DNA of 64,000 nt from Bacteroidales bacterium (GCA_045639585.1 JAZUDJ010000140.1:10522-74521); one strand, 5' to 3'; positions 9,689-20,535 are shown, numbered from the stretch's first letter. The notes: generated by a model not told the origin, from the letters alone. Numbers and translations: made by a program.

Positions 9689-9847
9689 ATCTGCCATCTG
9701 CCACAAGCAGCTTCTAACCTTTTCATTCACAAGACGATGGGCTTGTGGCAGATACTTCCTTCATCTGCCACTATCTGCCACACATCTGCCACGCTAAATG
9801 CTACATGAGAATCAATAAGTTACAGCGTTTGTGGCAGAGTGGCAGAT
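9689..9847. repeat. Cluster of ~8 ATCTGCCAC/GTGGCAGAT motifs in both orientations
   Basis: Copies at 9689, 9696, 9745 (rc), 9763, 9773, 9784, 9831 (rc), 9839 (rc). Confidence 0.8.
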
Positions 9848-9977
9848 AAATTGAGATTCGTTGAAAAACTTTTTGATGCTTGTAATAGCTTGACAGGATT
9901 GACACTTAACCCTACCTTCGTTTGACTACATTGATGTCTTAACCCTGGTAGGTCTTTACTAACCATAAAATTTTGCA

Positions 9978-11696
9978 TTATTCGAATTCTTCGATCAATT
10001 TCTCGAAGGCTCCGGAATTCCGTAACTGCTGTATTTCGAAACAATGCTTCAGGAAAAATTCAGGATATGCATAATGTTCAAGAATCCACCGCACATCATC
10101 CAGCGCCTGCTCTTCCTTACCAATACGGCAGTAGCAGGCAGCTCTTCGTAGATGCAAGACACTCAGTCCCTCGATGTCATCACTGAGCATATCATATTTT
10201 TCCTGTTCAAGCTGAATCTGTTGATCGAGCAATTCAAGGATCGTTTGTTTTGTTTCAATTCCTTTCCTATAATTGGATAGGGGATTATGTAGTGCTGTTT
10301 CACCATGAAGCAACAACAATGCTAATGGCAATTCATCGAAGTTGCCTTCCATCGTTGGAGTATCAATGATTAGCTTATATCCTTCTACCGCCTTTTCATG
10401 ATTTCCTGTCTGCTCATAGGCAATAGCCCTACGCAATACAGCCCATGCATTATCAGCTTGCCATAATTCAAGTAGTTTATCAAATGCACGGATAGCTTCA
10501 AGTGGTTGTTCAAGGAGCTCGTTGTAGTAGGCACGGTAATAGAAAGTGTGACCTTCTTCCGGACAGATCTTCTCCAAAGCATCACATATTATGAATACGA
10601 AGTCAGAGTCTGTATCACTGTTGACACGTTGAGACACTTCATCCAAAAGCCTTTCTGTGCCCTGAGGCTCGCACTGAATGACTAATTCAAGCAGATTTTT
10701 TGACTTTTGCATTTCCCCAGCCTTGTACATGAGAAAAGCCTCGTTTACTAATCGTTCATAATCGTGGCTGATCATGAAACTTTTATGAGCCCATTCTGCA
10801 GCTTCCTTATAATTCTTAACATAATAGCACATTCGCATAAGTTCTACCATGAAACGATCTTTGAACCTGCCCTTGATAGTCATCTTTTTTATCTGCTCAT
10901 AATACAAATCATAGGCTTCATCACAAAGCATCTGACGAACTTTGGATGTATAACTATCATACGTTTCCTGTTCATATTGGATTCTGATTATTTCTGCTTG
11001 AGCGCGTACTGCATTTCGAGTCTTGCCCAGACGAAACAGAACTGCTGGAATGTATGCCAAGGCAGAAATATACTCAGGGTCTTTCTCCAGAGATTTATTA
11101 AAATAAGATAGGGCAGAATCAAAATGAGAGCACTCCATCTCTATGCACCCTCGGAACGTATAAAAAAAGGAGTTTTCCGGAAATGACGCTATGCCTTTAT
11201 CTGCATATTCCGCAGCTTCCTTATATAACTCTTGGGAGTAATAATACTCTATAATCTCTTGTAGCGCCTGTCGATTTTCTGAATTTATATTGTACTCTTT
11301 TAAGGCATAACTTATCCAAAGCTGTTTGTTGCCAAGCTGACGATAAATGCGTGATGCGGTTGAATAAAAACCAGGAAATACTTCTTCTCCAATTATATTC
11401 AGCGCTTTATCTATCACAAATGAGGCCTGCCTGTAATTCTGATGTTTGTGATATAAATCGGCCAGTAGATTGAGTGCAAAACAATTGTCTGGGTTTTCCT
11501 TGAGAGCCAGATTCAATTGCTTGAGGGCTTGATGGTCCTCTCTTTTATCAAGAAATTTTACAGCCCGTTTGACATGACAGTTCTTCAGATATGAGATCAA
11601 GATATGAAGCTTATTTTTCTTTGCCGTCAAAGAGTTGTTATCTTCTTCAATTGACAACTTATATATTTTGTCATCGATTGTTATCAGAGAGTCCAT
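9978..11696 (-). CDS. Tetratricopeptide-repeat protein
   Basis: Repeated helical TPR-like units (ALKENPDNCFAL, SLEKDPEYISAL, RAIAYEQTGNHEKA); AT-rich. Confidence 0.8.
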   Translation of the reverse strand: MDSLITIDDKIYKLSIEEDNNSLTAKKNKLHILISYLKNCHVKRAVKFLDKREDHQALKQLNLALKENPDNCFALNLLADLYHKHQNYRQASFVIDKALNIIGEEVFPGFYSTASRIYRQLGNKQLWISYALKEYNINSENRQALQEIIEYYYSQELYKEAAEYADKGIASFPENSFFYTFRGCIEMECSHFDSALSYFNKSLEKDPEYISALAYIPAVLFRLGKTRNAVRAQAEIIRIQYEQETYDSYTSKVRQMLCDEAYDLYYEQIKKMTIKGRFKDRFMVELMRMCYYVKNYKEAAEWAHKSFMISHDYERLVNEAFLMYKAGEMQKSKNLLELVIQCEPQGTERLLDEVSQRVNSDTDSDFVFIICDALEKICPEEGHTFYYRAYYNELLEQPLEAIRAFDKLLELWQADNAWAVLRRAIAYEQTGNHEKAVEGYKLIIDTPTMEGNFDELPLALLLLHGETALHNPLSNYRKGIETKQTILELLDQQIQLEQEKYDMLSDDIEGLSVLHLRRAACYCRIGKEEQALDDVRWILEHYAYPEFFLKHCFEIQQLRNSGAFEKLIEEFE

Positions 11697-11756
11697 ATTT
11701 AGTACAATGAGTCAGTGTATTATTTTTCTGGTATAGTACATGATTATATTTCTCCT

Positions 11757-12167
11757 TTATTCTGTAGCTCCATATAAAGAATCTTGAAGAAGCTGCAAAG
11801 AATGAACTTCTTCAGGAGTCATGAGGGGTAAGACATTACAAAGAGAGTCATATAGCTCCTCAATAGATCCAAGTTCTAAGGCTAATCCATATTGTATCAT
11901 TTTTTCTTGATTACCAAGAATATCTATAGCATCTGGATATTTTTCCCCCAGTTCATTGGCCTTTTTCATAAAATCGTCAAAAGCATTATTCAACTGAGTT
12001 GTTGATTTTGCACTTTCCAGAATTAAACGGTATTCTACCAAGAGATTGTGAATCTCCTTTACACATTGTTCTTCGTGGTTGTTAACAGAAGAAGAATGGC
12101 AGCTACTACATAATAATGAAATAGCAGAGAACAGGGCAATAAACTTTTTACTCATAGAATGATACAT
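11757..12167 (-). CDS. Hypothetical lipoprotein
   Basis: MSKKFIALFSAISLLCSSC signal peptide with lipobox. Confidence 0.65.
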   Translation of the reverse strand: MYHSMSKKFIALFSAISLLCSSCHSSSVNNHEEQCVKEIHNLLVEYRLILESAKSTTQLNNAFDDFMKKANELGEKYPDAIDILGNQEKMIQYGLALELGSIEELYDSLCNVLPLMTPEEVHSLQLLQDSLYGATE

Positions 12168-12272
12168 TAGAATTAGTGGGTTGTTAGAAATGGTATAATA
12201 TGGCAGTATAACGCTGCAATACGGAGAATCTCTGTTTTTCCATATACCTGTTTTTTCAATTATAGAACTTTT

Positions 12273-15200
12273 TTAATCAAAATCTGCACCAGCCTCAATC
12301 ATATAGTCCATTTCAGAATCTTGACCCCAATCATCAGCATCTCCATCAGAATAATCTATATCATCAAAGGATACTATCTTTCTAGGATATTCAATACTCC
12401 ATCTGATTAAAACTCCACTATGATTAAAAATATAGGAATTCTTCTTAATTTCTGTAGTGATATTATCTGAAGATATTGAGATTTTTTTGAATCGCGCGGG
12501 AATGATCACCTTTTGTGTTTCTAAACTAATTACACCTAATAATGTAGATTCCTCAAAAACTATAAATTTCTCGTTATCAACATTGTGTAAATATTGATAG
12601 CGAAATGGCAGAATTGTGTTACCTTGGCAATCTATGACACCCCATTTCCCGTCCTTACAAGCGGGGAATTTTTCAGCAGTAATTATTCTTCTCTGATCAT
12701 AATTATAATCAAAATGTGTGGAATATTCAAATTTGTTAATCCTTTGGATTCGATTATTCGTAATATTCCCCAATGCCGAATATATGCACGGGATAATTAT
12801 TTCAAAATTGTCATTCATCATGCCATACAAAGATGTTTCTATTTTCTCATAACAACCTTTGAGTTCTTTCTTTAAAACCCAACCATATTTACTTTTTGTT
12901 ATAGTAGAATATAATAATTGTATGATCACAGAAGCATTATTATTAATTATGCCACATTCTCCATTTTTATAAACTTTGTAAAAACCGTTCCCAATAGCCT
13001 CTATGTGGCTGAAAGTTGGAGGGAAAACCTCTTCCAGTTCCCTGTTTATTAAGCCAAATAAGCCATTATCATAGCCACATACAATAGCGTATTCTCCGTC
13101 GAAATCTGTAATTCCCTTATATTTTGAGGTTCTGATGTTTACGGATTCGTCCTCTTGATTAACAATGAATGATCCATTTAGGCTTATTTTGACTATAAAT
13201 GCCGTATCTTCTTTCAGTGTAGCTTCAAATATACCATCTTTTAAGGATATAGACGTGTATAATGGATCTACTATCCAGAATCCGCAAGTGTCTATTATAC
13301 CACATGTACTACCAGAATATTCTCTTTTGGTGGTATTGTAACAAATTTGCGGGTAGAATACTATATATTTCTCATTTCGCTCCCCGATTTTTCCCTTTAC
13401 AAGCCTATTCCCATATAGATCAAAAATATAATCATGATCATATTCTGATTGGCCAATCAAAATATCTCCACTTTTTATAATTTTATGATCAATATGCAAT
13501 TTACTAGTAACCCCTGCAATTATTCCATTATAATCAAATAATTTGTTGGCAAACAAAAAGTACCCATTTGACAATATTTCATACATAGTACTTTCTCCAT
13601 CGAATGAGTAGCGATATGGCCATTTTACAACACGAACAACAGATCCTCTCGCGTTAATAATGGTATATTCCCAACTGTTATCATTATATTTTTTTAAGTA
13701 AAACAATGGTTCACCTAAGATTCTATCAATTTTTGTTTCACTTCTATAATAAACCAATCCTTTATCTGATAGAATACAAAAATCTCCCGAATCAGAATCT
13801 CTTGCTGTCGCAAATCCGGACTGAAATATAATTTGTCTTCCATAATTGCCATAGAGGCCATAAGATGTAAAAGAAAACAATAGATTCCCATCTTTGTCGA
13901 CAATCTTATTGTCATATGGACAATCTTCATACAAATAATATAATCCATCGCTCCCTTCTATCAGATTATTGAGCCATTGGTGGCTTTTTGCGTTTTGGGG
14001 AGATTTTGGTTTTATATCTTTATTAGAATCTTCTATTACATCTTCCAATCTTGTTTCCGCAGTTTCTAAATCTGAGATATATGAGGAGAGGTCAATGGTT
14101 CTATTATGATGTTCTTCAATAAATGTAATTACGCCATCTGCATCTTTAACGTTATAACCATTTATTGTTGGGCGCCATTCTATTTGATTTTCGATCAATA
14201 TTTCGCCCGTATCATTAATAATGCCAAATGTTTTCCCAGATTTCGAAAAAATAAATAAATTAGAATCTATTTCTATTCTTTGTAAATATGGCACATTATC
14301 GATAATAATTGTACCATCAGTTTTTATTACCGAATACAATTCAATAAGATAATCAAAATAAGTCTTAACATATTCTACTTCACCAATTTCTGGTACGTAA
14401 ACGGGGGTTTCTATCCAATCTCGTACGGAATTAGATAGATAAAAGGTATTACTCCCCATTTCATTTATTGACCCAGAAAACATCTCGATACTATTGTCTG
14501 GAGCTATTTTTATTGTGGAACTATTTCCGTTAGTTCCATTTCTTTGACTTAACAAAAAGGTTCTATCATCAAATAGTATGGAATTATTCCAAACAGGAAG
14601 CTCTGCTAACTCTTTGCCATCTTTTGAAAATAAGATACGCCTATTAGTACCTTTTTCAAATAATATGGCGGAATCTGCTCCAACAAAGAAGCCGTAATAG
14701 TATTTGTCTGGAAGCACTACTTCAATATCTTCCTTAGACAAAATAATTCTTCCATCTTCATTAATTATAGAGGATGGACAATGATTAAAGCATACTTTCG
14801 CCTTACCATTTATGAAATTACCAATTTGAGTATAATGATAATCCGATATAATGCTACCTTTTTTATCTTTTAATCCGTAATGGCAATAGTCTATTGGAAA
14901 TATTTGTGGAGTATTTGACCCCGGAATATAAGGATTCGTTTTAGACTTCTCTAGCTTTTCTCCCTTATTAGAAAAACAATATACCTTATAATCCTTTATT
15001 GCGTATATTACATTATTATAAATAGTTACAGCTTTATATTCTGGCTCAATAATTATCTCACCTAATCTGTTTATTACACCTTTACCCCATTGTTGTCTTA
15101 TTACAGCTAAATCGTCCACGAAGTGGCTAATCTCATCATATTGTGGTTTAATAATTGATAGATGATTCAATCTACAAGATATAAATCCATTTCGGCCTTG

Positions 15201-15590
15201 TCGTCCTTCAATATTATATGTATAAGCGATACCATTAGTAAAATCGGAAATATAATCATATTCACATGGTATAACTTCTTTTTGATTTATATCTATTATA
15301 CCACATTTCCCCTCTTTGATAACTATTGAGTAGAGGTCTTTATAATCGCGGGCTGAATCATATCCAGGCAGATGAATAAATTCTTCATCAAGAAGAATGA
15401 CTGGATGCTCTGATAAATCTATGCGTCCGTTTAACGTTTCTGCTATTCCTCCTTTAAAAGATGATAGATAGTCATATTTTGGTTGTATCAAAATGTTGCC
15501 GCCAGATAAAATTGCTCCGTACTTCCCATCTTTTATAATTACAGAAACACCTTCGTTTTCTGGAAAAACATGATCATATTTTGTTCCCAT
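12273..15590 (-). CDS. Large WG-repeat (KWG) protein, 1105 aa
   Basis: Many GKxGxIDxxGxxIIPxxYDxI units; acidic C-terminal tail; strongly AT-rich. Confidence 0.85.
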   Translation of the reverse strand: MGTKYDHVFPENEGVSVIIKDGKYGAILSGGNILIQPKYDYLSSFKGGIAETLNGRIDLSEHPVILLDEEFIHLPGYDSARDYKDLYSIVIKEGKCGIIDINQKEVIPCEYDYISDFTNGIAYTYNIEGRQGRNGFISCRLNHLSIIKPQYDEISHFVDDLAVIRQQWGKGVINRLGEIIIEPEYKAVTIYNNVIYAIKDYKVYCFSNKGEKLEKSKTNPYIPGSNTPQIFPIDYCHYGLKDKKGSIISDYHYTQIGNFINGKAKVCFNHCPSSIINEDGRIILSKEDIEVVLPDKYYYGFFVGADSAILFEKGTNRRILFSKDGKELAELPVWNNSILFDDRTFLLSQRNGTNGNSSTIKIAPDNSIEMFSGSINEMGSNTFYLSNSVRDWIETPVYVPEIGEVEYVKTYFDYLIELYSVIKTDGTIIIDNVPYLQRIEIDSNLFIFSKSGKTFGIINDTGEILIENQIEWRPTINGYNVKDADGVITFIEEHHNRTIDLSSYISDLETAETRLEDVIEDSNKDIKPKSPQNAKSHQWLNNLIEGSDGLYYLYEDCPYDNKIVDKDGNLLFSFTSYGLYGNYGRQIIFQSGFATARDSDSGDFCILSDKGLVYYRSETKIDRILGEPLFYLKKYNDNSWEYTIINARGSVVRVVKWPYRYSFDGESTMYEILSNGYFLFANKLFDYNGIIAGVTSKLHIDHKIIKSGDILIGQSEYDHDYIFDLYGNRLVKGKIGERNEKYIVFYPQICYNTTKREYSGSTCGIIDTCGFWIVDPLYTSISLKDGIFEATLKEDTAFIVKISLNGSFIVNQEDESVNIRTSKYKGITDFDGEYAIVCGYDNGLFGLINRELEEVFPPTFSHIEAIGNGFYKVYKNGECGIINNNASVIIQLLYSTITKSKYGWVLKKELKGCYEKIETSLYGMMNDNFEIIIPCIYSALGNITNNRIQRINKFEYSTHFDYNYDQRRIITAEKFPACKDGKWGVIDCQGNTILPFRYQYLHNVDNEKFIVFEESTLLGVISLETQKVIIPARFKKISISSDNITTEIKKNSYIFNHSGVLIRWSIEYPRKIVSFDDIDYSDGDADDWGQDSEMDYMIEAGADFD

Positions 15591-15720
15591 AGATTTTATC
15601 GAATAAAATTAAAAGAATAGTTGCAGATCAAATAACATTATTTTATGAAATAAAAGCACAAAATACAAAGAACATATGAGTCTCTGTGCGTCCTATTAAT
15701 CGACTAGATTTGGGTGTAAT

Positions 15721-16836
15721 TTAGTTATCTGCCAGCCATAGTGCGAAGAACTTATCATATACTTCGTAGGTGCCTTTATCGTTGGTGATGATGTGCTGAC
15801 GGATGAGCATCTCAGAAGCTTTTTGCACGCTGCTGGCAGTTGACAAACGATACTTCTTGATGAATGCAGAACCGGTGATCTGTGTGGCTTTGCCTTCGCG
15901 ACTGATGGCGAGGAGAAGCTCTTTCTGTCGGGTAGAAAGCTGATAGAGGATGTCCTGATAGGTCTCTGTATTTGAGTCGATAATATGCTTGATGGCAGGA
16001 ACGACATCAGACAGGAGACAAGGCTGGCCTTCTTGGGTGGTGCGCCAGAGCTCGTTCATTACTTTCTGGAGATACCAGGTCGTTCCATCGAAGCGACGAT
16101 AGACTTCCTCAATGGCCTCTTTGGCAATATATTTGTCCGATTGCTTGAAATGATGCTCGGCAAATGGGATATACTTGTCGGCAGGAATGGCATAAAGGGG
16201 GAGGTTGGTGGTGCTCTGATAGAATGGACGAGCGGGCGACTGGAACATTTCGCCCATCATGCTGCGCTGCGAACCGCAGAAGACGAACCAGGTCTGGTGG
16301 CAACGCTGCACGTAGGTGCGCAGTAGTTCCTCAATATTCTTCTCTGGATATTCGGTGATGGATTGGAACTCGTCAATGGCTACCAGACAGGGCTTGTCAG
16401 CATGCTCTAGGTAGCTGAAGATCTCGTCGAGCGTGATGGTCGGAGTCTTAACATCGCCTAATTCCACATTCCACGAAGGGTTTCCTGCTTCGTCGAACGA
16501 GATGCCTGGTCGCAGCGAAGTCACGACATCGAGGAATTTGTCAAAGGCATGACGACCACGAGGTTTCAAGGCACTAACGATGGATTTGCCCATGGTATAG
16601 ACCATGTCTTGAAGCGACTTAGTGGCATAGATGTCGATAATGAACGTATGGTATTTCTCCTTGATCTCTGGTTGGGCAAAACAATGATACAGCAAGCCGG
16701 TCTTACCCATGCGGCGCGGAGAAATCAGCGTCACATTATTGCCATTTGTGAGCAGGCTTGTGAGCTCTGCAGTCTCAGAAACTCTATCACAGAAGTATTC
16801 TGCTGAGTGATAACCAAAGGTTAGGAATGGATTCAT
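15721..16836 (-). CDS. AAA/'archaeal ATPase'-like P-loop protein with C-terminal winged helix
   Basis: NPF..FCDR, Walker A SPRRMGKT, Walker B VAIDEFQ, YDKFFALWL. Confidence 0.85.
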   Translation of the reverse strand: MNPFLTFGYHSAEYFCDRVSETAELTSLLTNGNNVTLISPRRMGKTGLLYHCFAQPEIKEKYHTFIIDIYATKSLQDMVYTMGKSIVSALKPRGRHAFDKFLDVVTSLRPGISFDEAGNPSWNVELGDVKTPTITLDEIFSYLEHADKPCLVAIDEFQSITEYPEKNIEELLRTYVQRCHQTWFVFCGSQRSMMGEMFQSPARPFYQSTTNLPLYAIPADKYIPFAEHHFKQSDKYIAKEAIEEVYRRFDGTTWYLQKVMNELWRTTQEGQPCLLSDVVPAIKHIIDSNTETYQDILYQLSTRQKELLLAISREGKATQITGSAFIKKYRLSTASSVQKASEMLIRQHIITNDKGTYEVYDKFFALWLADN

Positions 16837-16851
16837 GCGTATTATTTTTTG

Positions 16852-16910
16852 CAAAAGTACGCAATGATTTTCAAATTATCCAAATTGGATAATCCAATTC
16901 GGATAATTTG
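16852..16910 (-). promoter_or_regulatory. ATPase promoter with overlapping 18-bp-arm palindrome
   Basis: TACTTTTG on - at 16852-16859; caaattatccaaattgga-taa-tccaattcggataatttg at 16872-16910 (17/18 match). Confidence 0.65.
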
Positions 16911-17009
16911 TATAAAACTTTGTCAAGAATGCTGTGAAATGCTTTTTGGGTATTGCAATTTTATTGTCTTTCGATTGGAAAAACAGCATGGTATAACCGG
17001 AGGGAATAA

Positions 17010-18596
17010 TCAGAACTCGTCGATTGACTGCAACTTTCCTTTCTGGAAGTACAGATACAGATCATGGCCATAGACCCACTGCTCGAGAGTGGTGAACATA
17101 TTCTGAGTCGTGTTGATGTAGTCTGGTTCGCCAAGAGCCTCCTTACACATCTCCTGAGAGAAGCCGATGCTGACCTTGCCATCTGCAATGATCTTGGCAT
17201 TCTTGGCGCCAAAGCGCTTGGTGAGATCTGCGAGACGCTCCTTGGCCAGACGTTCCTGAATCTCCGGATCAGGACCTTCTGACTTGACGGTAATCTCTGG
17301 AGTCTTGATTTCTACTGGTGCTACAGGGGCTGTGGTAGTAGCTGCTGCGACCTTCTTGGGTTCAGCGACCTTCTTGACGACGACTGGCTGGCTAGGGATC
17401 TCTACAGCCTTAGTCTCGATCTTATTTTCTGCCACGACATTCTTTGGTTTCTCGTCGATCACCCAAAGATTCGTCTCCACTGGCACCTCCTCTATAATAT
17501 AAGAAACCTCTTCTGTGTTTTGTTTCGTGTCTGCGCTAGCAACAACGGTGGTTTCCTTTTCCTTTGTAAGCTTTGGAGTTTCTACCGTCACAGGTTTTGC
17601 CTCCTCCGCAACTATTTTTGACTCAGGAGCAACGGGTTTAGCTTCGACAGTAACTGGCTTTGGCTCAACTGTGGCTGGCTTTGGTTCTGCAGCGACTGGT
17701 TTAGGAGTCTCTTCTACCTCAGGCTCTGTCGCCAATACAGACTTGGTGGTATTTTCTGCCAATAGAGGTTTGTTCTCTGCTGGAGCACGAAATACCGTAT
17801 TGATACTGAAATACGAACCATAAACAGACTCACCATTTCCGCGGAAATCAAACACTGGCAGCTTGATCTTCTTACCCTTGAGATTACCGAATGCAAGAGG
17901 CTGACGGAAGACGTAGCCCTTGACATCGACGAAACTGATGGAGTCACAATAGACTGAAGTTGAGCGGACAATCTCATCTCCCAGATCTTTATTGAGATAC
18001 TTGACCAGTGTACTTACCGTCATATCCACGTCACGACCCATCTGGCGCGAGAGGGTCTGACCAGCCATCTGACCAGTAAGTTTCTCCAACTGGCTGACAG
18101 GGCAGGCAGGAATATTGATCAAACAGAGCGAAGGACCCGAACGGAACGAGTTCTTCTCGTTGAGAATCACGGTCATACCTCGAGTCAAGGTATTGTCAGT
18201 TGACTTGCGCACGAAAGGAATGCGAAGCAAAAGACGCTCTCCATCATCACGTACCAGGAAGCAGAGGAAGTTCTGCTGACTGACTGGCTTGTCGGAGTTT
18301 TCCTTGAGTGCATTTTCTAGCACGAAAGTATGTCCCTCAATCTCGCTATAAGGAGTCACACCATTCGCATCGACCCTGAATCGATACTCTCGCTCAGGAT
18401 AGGTCTGGCCGTTCTTATATGCCAGTTCTGGCACATAGAAGCAGTCATAACCCTTGATCACCTGCTTGTAGACCTTCGACACTGGATAGAATACGAACTC
18501 CTCGCCTTTCTTCGGGCAATAGGAATCGGCCCAGGACAGTACTGGTAAAAGCACCGCCAGAGCAACTATGGAGAGTTTTTTTGCGAATGGTTTCAT
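17010..18596 (-). CDS. Secreted hypothetical protein with Pro/Val/Glu/Lys-rich linker and small C-terminal domain (SmpA/OmlA-like)
   Basis: Signal peptide; PKPVAAE-type heptads; IGFSQEMCKEALGEP..EQWVY..LYFQKGKL. Confidence 0.7.
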   Translation of the reverse strand: MKPFAKKLSIVALAVLLPVLSWADSYCPKKGEEFVFYPVSKVYKQVIKGYDCFYVPELAYKNGQTYPEREYRFRVDANGVTPYSEIEGHTFVLENALKENSDKPVSQQNFLCFLVRDDGERLLLRIPFVRKSTDNTLTRGMTVILNEKNSFRSGPSLCLINIPACPVSQLEKLTGQMAGQTLSRQMGRDVDMTVSTLVKYLNKDLGDEIVRSTSVYCDSISFVDVKGYVFRQPLAFGNLKGKKIKLPVFDFRGNGESVYGSYFSINTVFRAPAENKPLLAENTTKSVLATEPEVEETPKPVAAEPKPATVEPKPVTVEAKPVAPESKIVAEEAKPVTVETPKLTKEKETTVVASADTKQNTEEVSYIIEEVPVETNLWVIDEKPKNVVAENKIETKAVEIPSQPVVVKKVAEPKKVAAATTTAPVAPVEIKTPEITVKSEGPDPEIQERLAKERLADLTKRFGAKNAKIIADGKVSIGFSQEMCKEALGEPDYINTTQNMFTTLEQWVYGHDLYLYFQKGKLQSIDEF

Positions 18597-18600
18597 TTTC

Positions 18601-19539
18601 TTATTTATTGATATTTGCCACTGCCTCGCGATAGTTTCTCAAACTACCACTTTTGAGGACTTTCTTCACCGCCTTATGGCCGAAAAGCGGTTCCTGGTAT
18701 TCCCAGAACGACTGCATCTTCTGTACCAGCTGACCTTCACCGCCTTCAATGGCCTCAGAATAATGAGCCATGAGCTGACGATGCATCTCGAGCACCTTAC
18801 GACGTGCCTCTTCGTCGGAGAGAGATTGACCAGAGATGTATTCCTGCGCTAAAGTTGGACGAGCAAGCAGGCCACGGCCGACCATCAGACCGACCAATTT
18901 CGGGAAAGAAGACTCCATGCGCTGCAGGTCTTCCACAGATAGTAACATACCATTGAAGACAATTGGATTGCTACTCTCATTATAGAAAGCACCGAAGCTA
19001 TCCATATCAAGCTCGCCTTTATACTGGCTACGACCTACGCGCGGATGCAGCGTTATGTGCTTGAGCGGAGTATCGTTGAGCATAGGCAATAATGACATGC
19101 ACTCTTCAGGAGACTCCTGACCGAGGCGCATCTTCACGCTAAAGGAAACTCCTTTTTCGTTGTGCAGACGAGTAGCCTGATGGAGTATGCCGGTCACCTT
19201 ATCAGGGTAAGGCAGGATGCCCGATCCCCTCCCCAAACGGGTCTGGAGAGGGAACGGACAACCCATATTGATATCGATCTCCTGATGTCCCAGTTCAATG
19301 AGTTTATCGGCCAAGACCGCGAACTCTGCACCATCGCTGGCAATCACCTGTGGCACAATATGTACGCCGACATTCTGCTCCGGAAGCGCTTCTCGTAGAT
19401 CTTTCTTGCGAATCTGGCCATGTTCCAGACGAATGAATGGTGTATAATATGTGTCTACACCTCCGCACACACCCTGATGGATGCGGCGATAAGGAGCCTC
19501 GGTATAGCCCTGCAGGGGCGCGAAATGAATGGGAAGCAT
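18601..19539 (-). CDS. tRNA-dihydrouridine synthase family protein
   Basis: FAPLQGYT, DINMGCP, SVKMRLG, TLHPR, MVGRGLL. Confidence 0.9.
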   Translation of the reverse strand: MLPIHFAPLQGYTEAPYRRIHQGVCGGVDTYYTPFIRLEHGQIRKKDLREALPEQNVGVHIVPQVIASDGAEFAVLADKLIELGHQEIDINMGCPFPLQTRLGRGSGILPYPDKVTGILHQATRLHNEKGVSFSVKMRLGQESPEECMSLLPMLNDTPLKHITLHPRVGRSQYKGELDMDSFGAFYNESSNPIVFNGMLLSVEDLQRMESSFPKLVGLMVGRGLLARPTLAQEYISGQSLSDEEARRKVLEMHRQLMAHYSEAIEGGEGQLVQKMQSFWEYQEPLFGHKAVKKVLKSGSLRNYREAVANINK

Positions 19540-19540
19540 A

Positions 19541-20524
19541 TCAGATAGACAATACGCGGAGTACGGTGAGGAGTTCTGGGTCGATAGGCTTATCCTTCTT
19601 GATAGCCTTAGCGAAAGGAACGTTGACGATATGGTCGTTGTGAATACCGATCATGACATTACGCTGACCCTGGAGGAGCGCCTCGATGGCTGCATAGCCT
19701 GTGCGGCTGGCAAGGATACGGTCAGAAGCTGTTGGAGAACCACCACGCTGGAGGTGACCGAGGATAGAGCAGCGGACATCATAGTCAGGGAACTCCTCCT
19801 TCATCTTCTGAGCCAGGCCCATGGCGCCACCATTAGGATCCTTGCTCTCGGTCACGATGACCATGGCCGAAGACTTGCTCTTGCGGAAACCATTGGCAAC
19901 GAGTTCCTTGAGCTGCTCATACTGAGTCTTCTCCTCTGGGATGATTACGTCCTCACAACCAGTAGCGATGGCACCATTGAGCGCGAGGAAGCCTGCATCG
20001 CGGCCCATGACCTCGATGAAGAAAAGACGAGCGTGAGAGGTAGCGGTATCGCGGATCTTATCGACACAATCCATGATGGTGTTCATAGCGGTGTCATAGC
20101 CGATGGTAACGTCGGTACCAGCCAAGTCATTATCGATGGTACCAGGAAGACCGACAATAGGTACGTCATACTCCTTGGCGAGGTAAGAAGCACCAGTGAT
20201 AGAACCATCGCCGCCGATGACGACGAGTGAGTCAATGCCATGCTTCTGCATATTCTCATAAGCCTTAGCACGGCCTTCTGGAGTCTTGAACTCTGCCGAA
20301 CGAGCGGTCTTGAGGATGGTACCACCACGCGAGATGATGTTGCTCACGTTCTGAGTACGGAACTCCTCAATACGATCTTCGATGAGGCCCTGATAGCCTC
20401 GACGGATACCGAAAACACGCAAACCATTGTAAATTGCAGCACGAGTGACGGCACGGATAGCCGCATTCATGCCAGGGGCATCTCCACCACTGGTGAGAAT
20501 ACCTACGCTTTTGATCTCTGACAT
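19541..20524 (-). CDS. pfkA: 6-phosphofructokinase
   Basis: [39 protein letters not shown]. Confidence 0.96.
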   Translation of the reverse strand: MSEIKSVGILTSGGDAPGMNAAIRAVTRAAIYNGLRVFGIRRGYQGLIEDRIEEFRTQNVSNIISRGGTILKTARSAEFKTPEGRAKAYENMQKHGIDSLVVIGGDGSITGASYLAKEYDVPIVGLPGTIDNDLAGTDVTIGYDTAMNTIMDCVDKIRDTATSHARLFFIEVMGRDAGFLALNGAIATGCEDVIIPEEKTQYEQLKELVANGFRKSKSSAMVIVTESKDPNGGAMGLAQKMKEEFPDYDVRCSILGHLQRGGSPTASDRILASRTGYAAIEALLQGQRNVMIGIHNDHIVNVPFAKAIKKDKPIDPELLTVLRVLSI

Positions 20525-20535
20525 AACACTATATA

